A stretch of DNA of 64,000 nucleotides from Trichoplax adhaerens (GCF_000150275.1 NW_002060943.1:10850878-10914877), one strand, 5' to 3'; shown: positions 32,301 through 46,867, counted from the stretch's first letter. Numbers and translations: made by a program. The notes: a model not told the origin generated them from the letters alone.

Positions 32301-32814
32301 ACCGTTGAAAATTACTGTAGCTCTGATAAACATGTACAACCAGCCTTAAATTATACCTGGTGATAATGAGATATTTTATGTATATTTTATCATTGTAATT
32401 TGTAAATTACCAATTTTTTTATGTCTGTAGAAATATAAAATTAATCTAGTCATCGCTACAGCGATTAGAATCAAGGAAATAAAACAACCACCATTGCTAT
32501 ATCAATTCAATTGGAATTTCATTATGCAAAACAACTAGATGGAGGCAAGATAAAGGCAAGACACAAAATAGGTGGACCTATGTTAATGCCAGGTAATTCT
32601 CGCACGTGATAGAATCGTTTCTATAATTGAAACAGATCAATGGAATGATACTAATTATATGCTGGTACTTAGAAATGGATGATCAATTCAATGATATTAC
32701 CTTACTTATTTAAACAGATATCACTTATAAATATTTCTTTATAATATCCAGGAGATTAGTAATAAATTAGAGCTGAAATAAAGGTATCATTGCATACGCC
32801 ATACTATCTATCCA

Positions 32815-32864
32815 NNNNNNNNNNNNNNNNNNNNNNNNNNNNNNNNNNNNNNNNNNNNNNNNNN
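32815..32864. other. Assembly gap (50 N)
   Basis: Run of N. Confidence 1.
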
Positions 32865-34883
32865 TTTCTGCTATTATACAAATTATTTTATTAGTAAGTT
32901 GCCATTTCTGTATATACTTGAGATCTAAAATACCATTGCTAGCCACATCAAATGGGGAAAACAGTTTTTATCGAAAAATAATAATTACTTTGATCTAAAA
33001 CAACAAGTATAGTATAATACTTTGGCTAAGATTGAAAAACTTTAGAAAAAAATATAATATATTATGTGAAATATTTCCGTTCTATCTCCACTACAAATTT
33101 ATATGATAATCATTTCATTATAAGAAAAAATGGGCAAAATGATTTATCCTTCAAGAATGACAACTTTAAAAGAGGACGACTGTTATCAAATAATTTTGAT
33201 TGGTCAGATCTACTTAAATAGTATCCAAAAGAACATAAATAGAATTGGCATTATAAAACAATATGATAAGTTGTCGATATTAAAAGAATTACCTCGTTCA
33301 AAATCGATTTTTTATACACTAAACAGAACCAATAAGAGCTGATCATCTATGTTGAATACTCTCTTTTTTTAACCATATGTATGTGTAAAAGTATCTACTC
33401 AAAAAATCGGTTTCAAACAAAGACGATTAATATTTAATCTTGCTTATTAAGGCCAACAATACATTTCACTACCTTGGTTGTAGAATAATATTTATTCGTA
33501 GACAATATTTTACGACAATGTTACTTTCTATCGTTAAGAATAATGGATTTAGAATCGTTAAATTAATTAAAATTCATCTGTTCCTACCTACATCATCAAT
33601 ATTTTATTGTATCAAGTCGTTTAAACGATGACAATACTGTAACTCAATTATACAGCAATTTAAGACAGGTGTATTTCTACTCATACTGTGATATTATTTT
33701 TAAAAGTACAGTATTATGATCATATTGATTTCATTTTATTTTGTTTCCTTATTACTTATCAAGAATCAATTTCTTAAAAATATATCTCACTCTGCTCTTT
33801 CTCCTATATATATATATGTGTGTACATATTAGACCTCAGGATATGAAAGATATCATTTTCACCAAGGAATTTCTATCATTAAAGATACTGATGGAGTTCA
33901 TACCTAACTATTAATATTATAAAGTTAAAACGAAATAAGCTACAGCTCATTCAAACCCTTCGGACTGGAATAGATATTGAGTAAAAGAAAAAGTTTGCAC
34001 CTAGGACCACAGCAACAGTCAAATCATATTATCCAACGATACTCGATCCATTTGTTAGTGCTAACTTTTCATGAATTTAAAGAGTCCTCATGGTTGATTC
34101 CTACTATTTACAATAAGCTTATACCAGTAAATATTTCTGATTGATCTAGCAATCTAATGCCCCTTACATTGCCTAGAAATTAAAGCGAATTCTTTATCGT
34201 CAACATTTCACTTGGCATCTTCTGATTGCTTTCCATCGAAACTACAATCAAGCCGTAAAACTGATCCATTTAGTTCTTTCATAGAGAAACCAAATCATAT
34301 TTTATCCACTCCCAACAGACCCATAATTTAGTTTCAATATAGTTACAAATTTTCATTTGGATTATTACTGGCAATCTAGCAGAGACAATTCTAAACATTT
34401 TTCATTATATACCGGTATTTTTCTCTTGTTCAGCATTATTATTATCACTAAATTTACTTACTACTTACTTATACCGGTCTAAATCTTGTAGATTATATTA
34501 CTTCTTTTCATCTTGGCATTAATCTGCATTTCTAATCCATTATCAAGCTATTGGATCAATTTTTAGACATCACAAGCTCACATAGTAAAAAGTTCTTTCC
34601 CTACTAATCTATTCCTTTCCTTTTAATTTAATAAATTAATAGGATTGGCTATTTAATTTATTATAAGTTTTCTAATTCAGCTAAAATTCATCCTTTTAAC
34701 AGTAGGAAAACTTTACTAACAAATTTAACTTAATGGCAGATTACTATTGATCTATAAGTGAATAATCGGGATCATAAAAAAGAGGTGCTAAGCATTACAT
34801 ATTCTAGTCCAGATCGCGAACAGGCCAAGGAAGCAAAAGTTATTTTTTTTTTTCGAAAGATATCGTGTCAAAATCCGGTCAAG

Positions 34884-35846
34884 ATGAATTTTTCCTCAGT
34901 TACGCCGACACCAGCTATCCATCTGCAGGTCCCCCTTATTATTCATATCATGTATGGTATTCTATCCAATATTGCAATAATCGGTAACTTATTAGTATTA
35001 ATAGTAAGTATTCATTCAAGATCGGTCATAAAAGGTCCTCTACATACTTTAATATTTTGCCTAGCAATTATGGATATGATGACAGGTATAGTCGCTTTTA
35101 TAACACCAGGTTTTGCTTTTGCTTATGATACATTCCCGTACCCAAATGGTACTGCTGGATTACTCTATTGCAGATTAATTGATTCAGAATATTTTTTCTT
35201 CTCCTTTGGATTTGTCTCTATTTACATCGTTTTACTTATAAGCCTTGAACGATGGTGTGCGATTGCTAAACCATGGCGCTATCAAATTGTTTTTTCAGTC
35301 AAAAATTGTAGAATAACCGTTTTAATTATAGTTGTACTACAATTATCGTTAACACTGGAAAATACGTTGAATATGAACCATAAAAGTGGAAATATACCAC
35401 CATGTATATGGGGCTCTATTTTCGCTGATGCATTAGCAAGAAATGTCTTTTTTATTGTTATGGAAACTATACGCTTATTTATACCAGTATGTATAATTGT
35501 ATTGTGTTATCTTGATATTGCTCGACGACTACTCTCTAGAGCTAAAATCGGTCATACAGAAAACACTATCAAAGCAGCAGCACGTCGGCGTGCAACAGTT
35601 ATGGCATTTTCAGCTTCAATAATGTTGATTATATGTTGGCTGCCCAATGAATTATATTTTACACTTTATCAATTCAAAGTCATTGACCTAGATGAAATCT
35701 TACATAAGACATTTAAAATACTCATTATATTCAATTCTAGTATTAATCCATTCGTTTATGCTTCTACAAATGAATTATATCGCAATGGCCTCTTTAAATT
35801 ATTTGCCTATTCAAGATGGCGCTGTTATAGCAGTTCCAAAGCTTAA
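34884..35846 (+). CDS. Intronless class A (rhodopsin-like) GPCR, peptide-receptor-like orphan
   Basis: Seven hydrophobic segments with GN (TM1), LAIMD (TM2), C...SLERW (TM3), CWLP (TM6) and NPFVY (TM7). The first ATG is at 34884 (MNFS, an N-glycosylation sequon); the ORF track's start at 34758 is a GTG. Confidence 0.93.
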   Translation: MNFSSVTPTPAIHLQVPLIIHIMYGILSNIAIIGNLLVLIVSIHSRSVIKGPLHTLIFCLAIMDMMTGIVAFITPGFAFAYDTFPYPNGTAGLLYCRLIDSEYFFFSFGFVSIYIVLLISLERWCAIAKPWRYQIVFSVKNCRITVLIIVVLQLSLTLENTLNMNHKSGNIPPCIWGSIFADALARNVFFIVMETIRLFIPVCIIVLCYLDIARRLLSRAKIGHTENTIKAAARRRATVMAFSASIMLIICWLPNELYFTLYQFKVIDLDEILHKTFKILIIFNSSINPFVYASTNELYRNGLFKLFAYSRWRCYSSSKA

Positions 35847-38800
35847 GTAATCACACTTAATTACTCTTTAACAGTATTGAAGAACTTAAATTAGCCTATC
35901 CTCGGTAATAGCAATCCGATTTTAATATTTATCGCCAAAATGTAAGGCGATTATAACCAATCTACTTAATATGACGGACTATAGGAAGTCAAATCCATTA
36001 GTAGCGTGAGGCAGAAAGACAAAGGATTAATGAAAGGCTTCCACAAATAGTTTGAATCAGAATGTTAATATGATCATGACATAAAGAAGTTTTATATCAT
36101 GGCCAAAAAGCCGAGAAAATTGAAATAATTATTCTTGTTATTAACAGTCGTGACGGCAAAATAGAGTAACAGCGAACCTATAGTAGCTAATCAAAGTAAT
36201 GATCCCGATGATAGCTGAACTTAAGAAAAACCGTATTTGTCAACATAGATTACAATATACAATTGATTGCTTTTAAGCTACCATGTCTAGTATACGTAGA
36301 GTGTGTATTAGACAATCATCTAATAAATAGCTTTAACATTTTAACCAATTATAATCAATAATTGCATTTGCAGCAATTTTATTAGAATTTGTAAATTAAT
36401 TGCTAGGAATTATTGTAACCTATACGTGTACAAGCTAAAATAATTCAAGTTTAACACGTCTGATTTTCTTAGATTACTATATACGAGTATTAAATACGCA
36501 TATGCGATTAACAATATTCCTACAGATTTAAATAATTTATATTGGAAAGAAAAATATATTAGTGAAATCATAAGCACCATTTCAAAACATTATTTATCAT
36601 TCAATTTCTTGTAATATTTGCCTCTTTCATTGCCGGCTGTTATACCTATCTCTATCTGAAGCCATTACTTGTTACTATTACAACACTCACTTTAATTACG
36701 ACCTAGTATTCTCAGCCTGATGCAACAGCCATTAATCCACTAGGATTAAAGATCTACAATTAAACTATGTAAATTACTGCAGAACATTTAATTTCTTCCT
36801 CAGTTTAGCTGATGCTTATGTCTCAATAAAGAATGGGGTTCAAAAATATTTCTGCGCCATAATCAGATACTTAATGGGATTAATTTAATGCTAGGTATAA
36901 AAGATTTTTGATCTGTTTAATATTTATTTATATTATGACTGATTAGCAGTGGTATCATAAATCTAGTATTAATCATATTAATCTATTTTTACCTTCGGTA
37001 ATACCGAAAAATCTGTAGTATTTATCGCGGTAACTTTATGGATTTTAAAATTCATCATTTATACTTTCGCATGGTTTGTAAATCAATAATTAGAAGTAAA
37101 TTTAATTTATGCGGCATCATTATATAATGATACTTAAGTTTACGGCTAAATCATAAATTATGTAGTGTTATCGTCCTACCATTTACGTATGATGCATTAG
37201 CTACCAGAGTTTGATTGACTCTAAATTTCCTCTATTGGCAACAATTCTAAATGTAAACTAAGTGAAAATTTTAATTTAGGAATTGCCTTATATCTAAGTG
37301 ATTACTCAAATCTAATTTATCTCCAAGTTAATCAGACTTTTAATAAAGCGTATTGCAGTAAAGCAATTTAAAAAATTCTTAGATAGTATGGCATATGTTG
37401 CGATATATCCGTTCATCCCATTTTTCAAAGCTACTCAATTTGATTTGGAAACATTAGATCAAAGATTAATATAGTGATTTCTGTTTACCATAGTCTACAT
37501 TTACCTCCTATATTACACCGTATATTATCTACCTTAAAATTGTTCAGTATTACGTTAAACATCGGAATTAAAAGATTAACTGAAAGAAAGCCCTAACGTG
37601 ATCTAAGAATTGTTCAATCAAAATAATAACAAGATACTCATAAAAACAGCAGATAATCCGTCACTTACTAACTCGTATTCTAATAAAGCTTCACGAATCA
37701 TAAATAGATTTAATGTTTATCATGACTATTCTGATTATCTATTGCTTACATCACGTAGTTTGCTCGGTTAAAAGCAAGGACTAGGACAACAAAAGTCGTC
37801 TTAAAAATGCTAACAAAACTATTGACATAGTTGCAATTATTTGCAGATAGGCAGAGTTTTTTATCTATTCTTATTTATTGCTTGTTCATAAGTAAACAAA
37901 GCGTGTCATTAATTACCATATTTTTTTAGCTGGCTAGAATATTCTTAATTGCAATTCTTAGATTGAAAATATCAGATCATTTTTTCAAATAATTCCGCCT
38001 TCATAATACTGCTACATATCGCCATAAGTAAATGAAATTATGGTATAGAAAGAAAGTTGTATCATATTTATGCCTCCCTTTAGTTGCATTCGATTTAAAA
38101 ATATACGTAGGTAATAATGTATCTCACAGACTTATAAAATTCTTCATAATCATTCCTTAGTTCTATCTGACTGTTTATTGTAATATAGAGTATATTGGAG
38201 TATTTATGTACTTCAGTACATTAGACTCGACAATGTTATTTGTATAAGTTTAAAAATTAGGGGATTTCATTTTAATTCTTTCCCATTATCGATTTGAGAA
38301 TCACTTCGCATATCGGATAAACTCTCTCCTAGAATATCAATTTTAGTTCATGAAGGACTAGAAGCAAATTTTATTATATATGATACTAATGAATGCAACT
38401 ATTTGGATTTGTACGTAATATTTTTGAGGTAGCATTTAAGCTGTTGAATTAAATATAAGATGTTGCTATTATTAATAGCATAAGATAAGATCAAAACAAT
38501 TCTCAGAAAAATTCAATATAGACTTTTTTTGTAGTAATTATACCAACATAGAAATAAATGAACGTATTGCTATAGATAAAATATAGAACATATAACCATA
38601 TAACTGATAATTGTAGAATGAGATAGAGTTATAGATTTAAGAGAGATATACAAGTTCGAGACATTTATCTGTTATACGTTTTTGTAGTACTGTAAATCAT
38701 GACTTAATTTCCAGAATGATGATAAATATTTCCAAGATATAGACATAAATAATGAATCTACGAGATGCTATCAATTCTTCGATAGTCGAAGAAATTAATC

Positions 38801-39439
38801 TACGTAAATAATTAATATATAACCTATAAAACTGTAAGTAAATTTTCATAGGAGCCAACTTCAATTAGAAAAAAACAACCACGTCTTATGTTTCTCGTAT
38901 ATATGCATAAGTGGCAATTTTATGCAAAATGTGTGTTATATCATCCTTTCTAACCTAAATTATAACTTGAAATCATCGATAATTTTGGTAATAAATGAAT
39001 TATGATGAAGTAAAACATCGTTTATGAAGAGTACACCTCGCTGGAAAAATACGTAAGCATTGAAGATCTTTCCAGTATACCACAGCGAAGTAAAATATAT
39101 GAGTAATAATAAAGATTTAGCAATACTGCTATTTATGATTAAACTGTGGTATTTTTAGTAAATATGTGATCACCTATTTCCAATTAAAATCCTTTACTCA
39201 GATAAATGAATCATTGTATCGTATTTACAAAAAAGAAGTGTGTAAATTATAGAGTCCAGCTTTAATGTACTTAGGTTAAATTGTGTACGGTGGATATCTG
39301 GTAAGCATGATCGACGAGGTCATGAACTAATACTATACCGGTAATGTATACTAACCCTATCATATAAAATATGAAAGCTGTTAACCCATGCATAGTAATG
39401 ATAGAAAATTTGAAGCTGAAAGTAAATCCTTTCTAAAGT

Positions 39440-40050
39440 ACCGATTGATACTGATATCGTCGATTTCTTGTCATCAGCAAGTGATATTTTAATGATATTT
39501 TGCAAGTTTGCACTAAGATACCTGCTTTATCATCTAAAGTGTATAACTCATTCACGATATGGTAGGCATAATAAAGGTCTTGCAGTTGTAAATAAATTAT
39601 TCACAAGTTCTTTAGTACTAGCCTATTTAAGATATCAATAACTTCTTATTACAAATGAGCGATATTTATTTGGAAATTTTCATGCTACCGTACTGTTATA
39701 AGCTTACATTGTCATACAAATGCCACCAACAAGGTTCAAATACGTATGATATCAATGATGGCCTTGAGCGGGTTATTGCTATCCACTATCGGCGACGCTT
39801 TTAACTACCGAATGGTATTAAATACCGACACCGTATTAGAAATTTGTGCTCTTACGTAATATAAAACTCTCGAATGACGATTAATAAAGGTCTTGAATCA
39901 AGTTTACTACCCATCATTAATAGTGTCATTGGTAACACTAGTTATAACTTAATTATGAGATATAATATAGGGGAATATGCGATCTGCTGGCAATAAGGTG
40001 TAAACTGCATACTCAGAAACAGTATGGATATAATAATAATTACAATATAC
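39440..40050 (+). pseudogene. Probable decayed class A GPCR pseudogene
   Basis: Interrupted reading gives GLAVVNKLFTSSLVLAYL (TM2-like), YLFGNF (ECL1-like), L*AYIVIQM and, across frameshifts, MISMMA-LERVIAIHY (TM3 E/DRY-like), in the correct order and spacing. Confidence 0.4.
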
Positions 40051-42950
40051 CCACATATTTACTTTCATTAACATCTAAAGAGTATAACTTCTATATGCTA
40101 CTGCGTAATATCCTAAATTAAATTAACATTTATCTATTATTGATGCGGTTTTTGACTAACGAAATACTTCAAATTAATGTAACTTTTATATGCTACTACG
40201 TAACTTCCTAAATTGAATGAATATTTATTTTTCTTGATTTTGTAATTAGCTAGCGAAATGTATTTATTTATACACTGTACACTTTCATTATCATTTAAAT
40301 TTCGTACATACGCAACTTGAAAAATTCCAGCAAATAACCCGTTCCAAAGTTCTAATGAATTAGCGGATATATGACCCTGAAATCTTAAATTAAGAATGAA
40401 ATGAAAACAAGTTCAACTCTAGATTATTTATTTTAAGTAATCCTGTTATATTTCAAAGCTCGTATACACTTTTCCTCTATGTATTTCGAAGATGGAAATT
40501 TGGGTGCGATTGCAATAAATAGACTCCACAGATCTAACAACATCCTTTACATTATACAATCTATGCTGTAACGATCAGTTCTAGTACTACAATCAAAGGA
40601 CCTCACATTTAAGATCATTAGAATGAGTAACCCCTCGTCGGTGGTACTATGGGTTACATATTTTATGAATAGAATATAAATAGTTTACATAAGGCAATGC
40701 CGCTATTATTCCAACTAAAAAAACGGCATTGATGTTAGCGTCAAGTTTAAAACATAGAAGTGAAGGTCATAAAATTCTATAGTCATTAAATTTTAATTGT
40801 GACAGCACATGATCTTAGCTAACACATGATAGGCAGCTTGGACTTCATATATAAAACAATTAGTCTAGATAAATCATAAATTAAATGATCTATTTTAGGT
40901 TATGAACCCATTGACCACCATGAATCAGTAACGAAGAGGAGAAAAATTTTTATCGCTATGTTAATCTTGACCGTACGTACAGTGAAGATCATTTGTACAT
41001 GATGAAACTAGTCGTTACACGAAAATTCGTAATAATACGCGTATTTAGGGCTACGGTATCGAAGTTGTTTATATTCACTACCTTATTCATTAACAGGTAA
41101 ATAAATTGTAGAAAACGAGCGATTAGGCTATGTTCCTAATTATTTACTACTAATAGATGGTATAAAGTTTAAAAGCAGGTCATTTCGACCTTATCATAAT
41201 AATGATACGAAAATTGAGACTAATTATATGGATTGTATAGCTGTCTCGAATAATTATTTGATGTTTATTTACACAATACTACAAAGGATCCACTATTTAG
41301 CCATAAAAGGCAGCATGATATAATAGTAATATATCTGCTACTAATACATACTGAACTACAAGCAGAAATACTCCATCATGCATGTCCTCCAGAATAATAT
41401 ATTGGGAGCTATTTTAGTATTATTTATCAGTTCATTTCTTCAATAAAGCTAAAAACGATAAACAATATCCTATAGACGTGAAATGAGATACGGCATTATA
41501 GACTTGGGAAATGTTAATGAGTAGAATTTTAAAGAGTGGCAATCGTAAAAAATCTTAACCCTATTGTGTAGAATTGAAATTTTACGGCCTTTTTGATGGT
41601 CTATCTTTACATTTTAGAACTCTTTAAATGACCTTAGGGGGTACTGTATAAAAATCTAAAAATCGAACTAAAATTATGGGGTGTGAGGGTGAAATAATCA
41701 GTTAAACTTTCTAGGAAATTTTAATTACAGCAAGGTCACCGTTATAAACATGATACTTTCTCAAAAATTTTACCAGCCTATTGGTATTGAGATAGGTATC
41801 TAGGAAGTCATCACTACCAGAAATGGAAATTCGATATGTTAATTCAAGTGAATATTCTATATTGTTCTTTATATTAGACTGGGATTAGAAAGTTTCCATT
41901 TATGGCGTAAATGCACTACCTCTTAACATGAAGGTGTAAACAGCTACTGATAATATCGAAAGATCAGATCAAATGATTACTACTGCAGTAACTAGATGAT
42001 TGAATAAAGTAATCAATGACGTTTTTAGAAATATCTATCTGTCTGTCAGAGAGCCTTTATCCAGTGTATTAATTTCTTTAAAAATTTATTTCACCAAAAA
42101 AAGGAGGTGGTTTCGAAAATGGCATTCGTTTATAATAAATATATATAATCAATGCGGTAATGACGAAGTCGTTGGAGTAAATATATGCTATGGTTGTTAC
42201 TTTCAGATCTGTGTTACATTTAGATATAAATGTTTAAAGTCATATTGTATTAGTTAAGTGAAGAAGATGAAAGTTGTAAAATGTTGATCTTGAAAGTGCT
42301 TTACATTTAGAGTTAATTATAATAATCTATTATCATCTTTTTCTTTGTTATAGCTAGCTAGAGCATTAATCTTATGCAAGATGGCTCAATTCATTATGAT
42401 TATCATGGTTAACTTCGAATTAATCACAGCTTTTCATATTTTTTATTTTCACTCACATAGAATGCTTGTGTTATTGAACTATCGTTAAAAGTAGGAAATT
42501 TAAATTAATCGTACGATAATTAAAAACAGCACGAATATTACAGTTTCTGTAATATTTTTTATAGGAGTATTAAACAAAAATAAAATATCATGATAATTGT
42601 ATGCTGTTATGATGCGATACATATGATGGAGAGTAAATTACCTGTAAGTAAAGATAATTCAGTCCGTTAGCTTACATATCCTGAAGAACAGTATCGTACA
42701 AAACGAAATCTGATTAGTTTTAATGTCATACAGCAAATGTGACCAATAGCTTTTTTAAGAGTAGGCACATTTAGTTAATGACTCTAATCATCGTAATTGA
42801 TTATCAGATGTTTTGCTAATTAATTACAGTATATGTAGTTGCGATGAATCGTCATATTACTGTATATTGGTCGCTGATGTATTAAAGACGAAATAAAAAA
42901 TAATCTGGCCATTTGCATATCTACTCAAAACGAGTATCAGTGTGCTCTTG

Positions 42951-43428
42951 GATTAACCTTTTCATCATAACAGTACCTAAGTTACTTAGAGGCCCAAAAT
43001 ATAGCTATACTAGTATCATATGATTATTATACTTTCAAAGTAGATTTACTGTGTTATAAGAGAGTATCCATCGAAAAGAATTGACCACCGTAAATGTAAA
43101 CTACAATTTATTTAATTGTATGATTACGCGTATTTATTGCGATTAAAACTATTACCAGAATTAATATAGCATGCCTTATCTACAACATGAGTAGCTGTAG
43201 TTATAGATTCTACCCATTAGCTTTGAAATGCAGCTAAATAAAACAATCCGGCTGTATAAGTATATGCATGCTCCGGGATTAATTCTCTTCATGAAAACAT
43301 TACCTACGTTACTTAGAGACCCCCAATGTGGTTATATCATGTGATTATTATACTTTCTGAATAGATTCACTGTATTTTGAACACTTATTGAAAAGTATGC
43401 ACCACTGTAAAGGTAAACTGCAATCTAT
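42951..43428. repeat. Diverged ~160-bp direct repeat pair
   Basis: gattaa..ttcat..aaca.taccta.gttacttagag.ccc...tgattattatactttc...tagatt.actgt...gaaaag...accac.gtaaa.gtaaact.caat at about 42951-43111 and 43277-43428. Confidence 0.75.
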
Positions 43429-46400
43429 ATATACGAATTGTGTTAATGCCAACGATTGATTACTAAGCTCAAGTACAAAAGGATCGAATTATTTGTACTA
43501 CAAGACTATAATTTGATTTAGTATAACATTGTAAGTGCAGCATGAAGCATTAACGGAAGGTATAATTTATGATTGTAGCGATTTTCGCTTAATTTTTTCG
43601 TATTATGCACACACAATACGTACAGTTATCTTCATGAGTTGCTATTCGTAAATCCATGTAGCAGTTATGCCGTCGATTCGTTACACACATACAACACTCT
43701 AAATCATTTGCATGCAGAATACGAAAAGTAAAATCTGTTTTAGTAAAAGATTAATTATCAATGCGATGGCAGAAATTTGCAACGTCTGGTTTGCCGTGAT
43801 ATCTGAGAAGATTCTCCATATACTCGTTAGTGCTATAATTATATACAATATTGACAATTACATGATATGTGTTGTTGTGTGTTTATGAATTAAACTACCA
43901 GTGCATAGACTATCTATTAGTAACCTCCATACTTGTCTCTTTTTGTTGCTTGTAAATTTATAGTAAAATAAGTAATAAAGATTATTAAAGAAGCACGAAC
44001 TTAATTGACTGATAATATCATGATACAGCACCATATTATTATAGTCACTATTTAGCATCTAGTATATGATAATTAATTAATTATTCACATAATGATGTGT
44101 CTAGAGTGATATCCCATATTGTCATGGTAATTTATCCGATTTCTAGCAACATCTGTAGCGCTTGTATCGGTTACTAATTAAATATAGACGGAATAAGGTT
44201 AATATTATTCTTGGCCAAATTATGTACATAGTTATCGAGATAATGATAAAAATTCCACCTATTCTTCTCGTTGTTATTTATTCCGATAAATAACACGAAT
44301 ACAAAAAAGTAATTGTTTCCGCATTCCTCTAAACGTAGCACAGAAAGCATTTTTTGCACCTTTTTATAAATAAATCTTTCTAAAAGAGTCAATAGTTTAC
44401 GCCATATTTTAATATTAATTAATACAGCTTTAACAATTCTCATTAATTCACGTTTTCTCTTGCCTTGCTATATCTTCTACAATAATAACTTATTATCATA
44501 TCGTTTGAAATGCTTTCTGTAATATTAAAAGTAGAATGAAATAGATCATGGTTATAGTCCCTGATTATTATTTAGAAAGCAGAATAATAATCACTGTAGT
44601 ATGTAGCGATATCTAGGAAGTAGAACAAGGTATCTTACTATATTGGCAGCCCTATTCAGATTAAGAACCTAGAATTTAGTGGTAAAGACATGATACTTGT
44701 CACCAACTGCTAATGTACGGCGAAATCATGCCCATAATAACATTTACATTAATGCCTTTTACGTTAGTGAGTGCAAAACAAGTTTGTCTGATTTCCAATT
44801 TTCTGTAATTGTTCATTGTGCAAATCAGATTGGCTAGCTAAATAACCTTGGCCTGTCCTCGATCTATTCCGTTGTTGCAATAGGTATAGCAGTCTTTTCA
44901 AAACTTACTAAGTTAGTACTGTAAGCGTTAAGTAATTTTTATCTTATCTAGTTAGATTTTTTGGATCTGTTGTGGTCGATTTGCTTAAAGCTTACTACTC
45001 CGAATATTTTTCCAACCTTTTCATCAGCAATAATATTATTTGCAATATTCGGTATTTTTCGAAATCAGTAACCGTCATAAGACAACGACTACCGCAAAGA
45101 GAAGTCCTTGTAGTAATTCCTGGTTAAGATAGGACGACCCTAATTTTAATAGCCAAAGTACGAGTAGATTACGGCTGACATCTAGGCTGCATGTATTTAA
45201 TGCTAGGTAAATTTTCGATCAATTATCGGGTGCCTTTACTCAACCTATTTCTTTATTCTGCAGTTACTGCAAATAAAGACTATTTGATTGCCTCATTCTT
45301 CAGTAGCCACTATCCACGCAAACTTTCTAAGCTTTATTATAAGCTAACTTCAGCAATAATAATTAAAGTGAATCAGACAATTTTTAATTAGCACCATATG
45401 ATATACTAGAATAAAGAAGTACAATAAATAAACTATATTAAACAACCTCATTCCTCTGTTATTGTCATGTCTAGTTCATATTTAAATCATTAGCTAGGTT
45501 TATAAATAGTTCATTATAAATTTCAGATCTATTTCATCTTGAGACAGATCATGTCAAGAGTAGATAATGATATGATTTAACTATTGGCTTTCGAAGTCTT
45601 GATGTAGCAATTAATGACAGAAGTTACTGAATGGCATCAAAAAATATGCTAAACGATCTCTTTCTGCTACCAATGTTATAGGTATTTCCGGTTGAATTCA
45701 TTAGCTACCTTTACAAACTGCAGATTACTGCTTCCGCCTTACTTTTAATAGATAACGATATCCTTCGTTGTACTATAATCAACAACCCTCTTAACTGACA
45801 CAATATACAGAATATCCGTAATATTGGTCCTTTCTTAGAATGGTATTCTTTCACATAAAGGACAAATAGCAGTGATTTACCAGCACCAATTTAGCCTTAA
45901 TTGACTCTACTTTTAAGCCTAAAATGTGGTATTCCAGTAAATTATTGAATTTTTTAGTCATGTTGTGTACCATACTTGTAAATTCTACTATTTAATTCTC
46001 TATACGGTATACCTATTGCTAGGAAAAAGTTATTTAACTTCTTAAGAATGTAGTATCGATTCGTAATTTACTGATGTTAAAGATAGAAGTTTGTACTGGT
46101 TTCTGTATAACGCTGCGCTTTGAGTAATGCAAATGGGTGCCTGGAAGCATTTGCATACGTGCATGAATATTTTACTATCATACTGTTCTGCTAATCATTG
46201 AAACTTTCATGGAATAGAAATCACGATTAAAATGTCTCACTAATTACACCCATAGTGTTATAAATTCTATTATTTCAACTTTAAAAGAACTAATAGAACA
46301 TAGCGGCAAACAGCAATCTATCAATAAATCTATCTCACTATCGTTTGTTCTCGAAATCCTGATGTAGTAGTGATACTGGCATAATTATCCTCTAATTTTT

Positions 46401-46802
46401 AGTTAGAAAAGATATTACACACTAGAAAACCTCACAGTTCTATTGATGACATTATTTCGTTGAATTTTAAAGAATTGTACTACTTTTATAAGTACAGAAA
46501 CATAGCCTTAATATCGAAGGAAGATCAAGAATTTTTAGACCGTTCTAAGAACAGAACATTATTTCCTACACGTGCTGTTCAAATCAGAATCCTAAGAGTA
46601 TTTTTCAGATTTCTATATTTCACTAAAATCTTATTGTTGAATCTACCTTACTGGATTACAGCTATCGCTTGTTAATTTAATTTTTCTTGCACAATCGAAA
46701 TACAGAAAATGCAATAATCCTATTAATTTAGAATGCAATCTGGCAGAATGATTATTTAAATTTCATTTATTGATCTAAGCATACTCTAATTAGCGCCGTT
46801 AA

Positions 46803-46867
46803 AAAGTAGATATACGTGAGTATTAATTTACTCATATTGTTAATTAATACTCACGTATATCTACTTT
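46803..46867. repeat. Perfect 26-bp inverted repeat with a 13-nt loop
   Basis: aaagtagatatacgtgagtattaatt (46803-46828) pairs with aattaatactcacgtatatctacttt (46842-46867). Confidence 0.92.

Noticed and set aside
34758-34883. N-terminal extension of the GPCR in the ORF track
   Set aside because: It starts at GTG. The first ATG (34884) gives a typical short glycosylated N-terminus.
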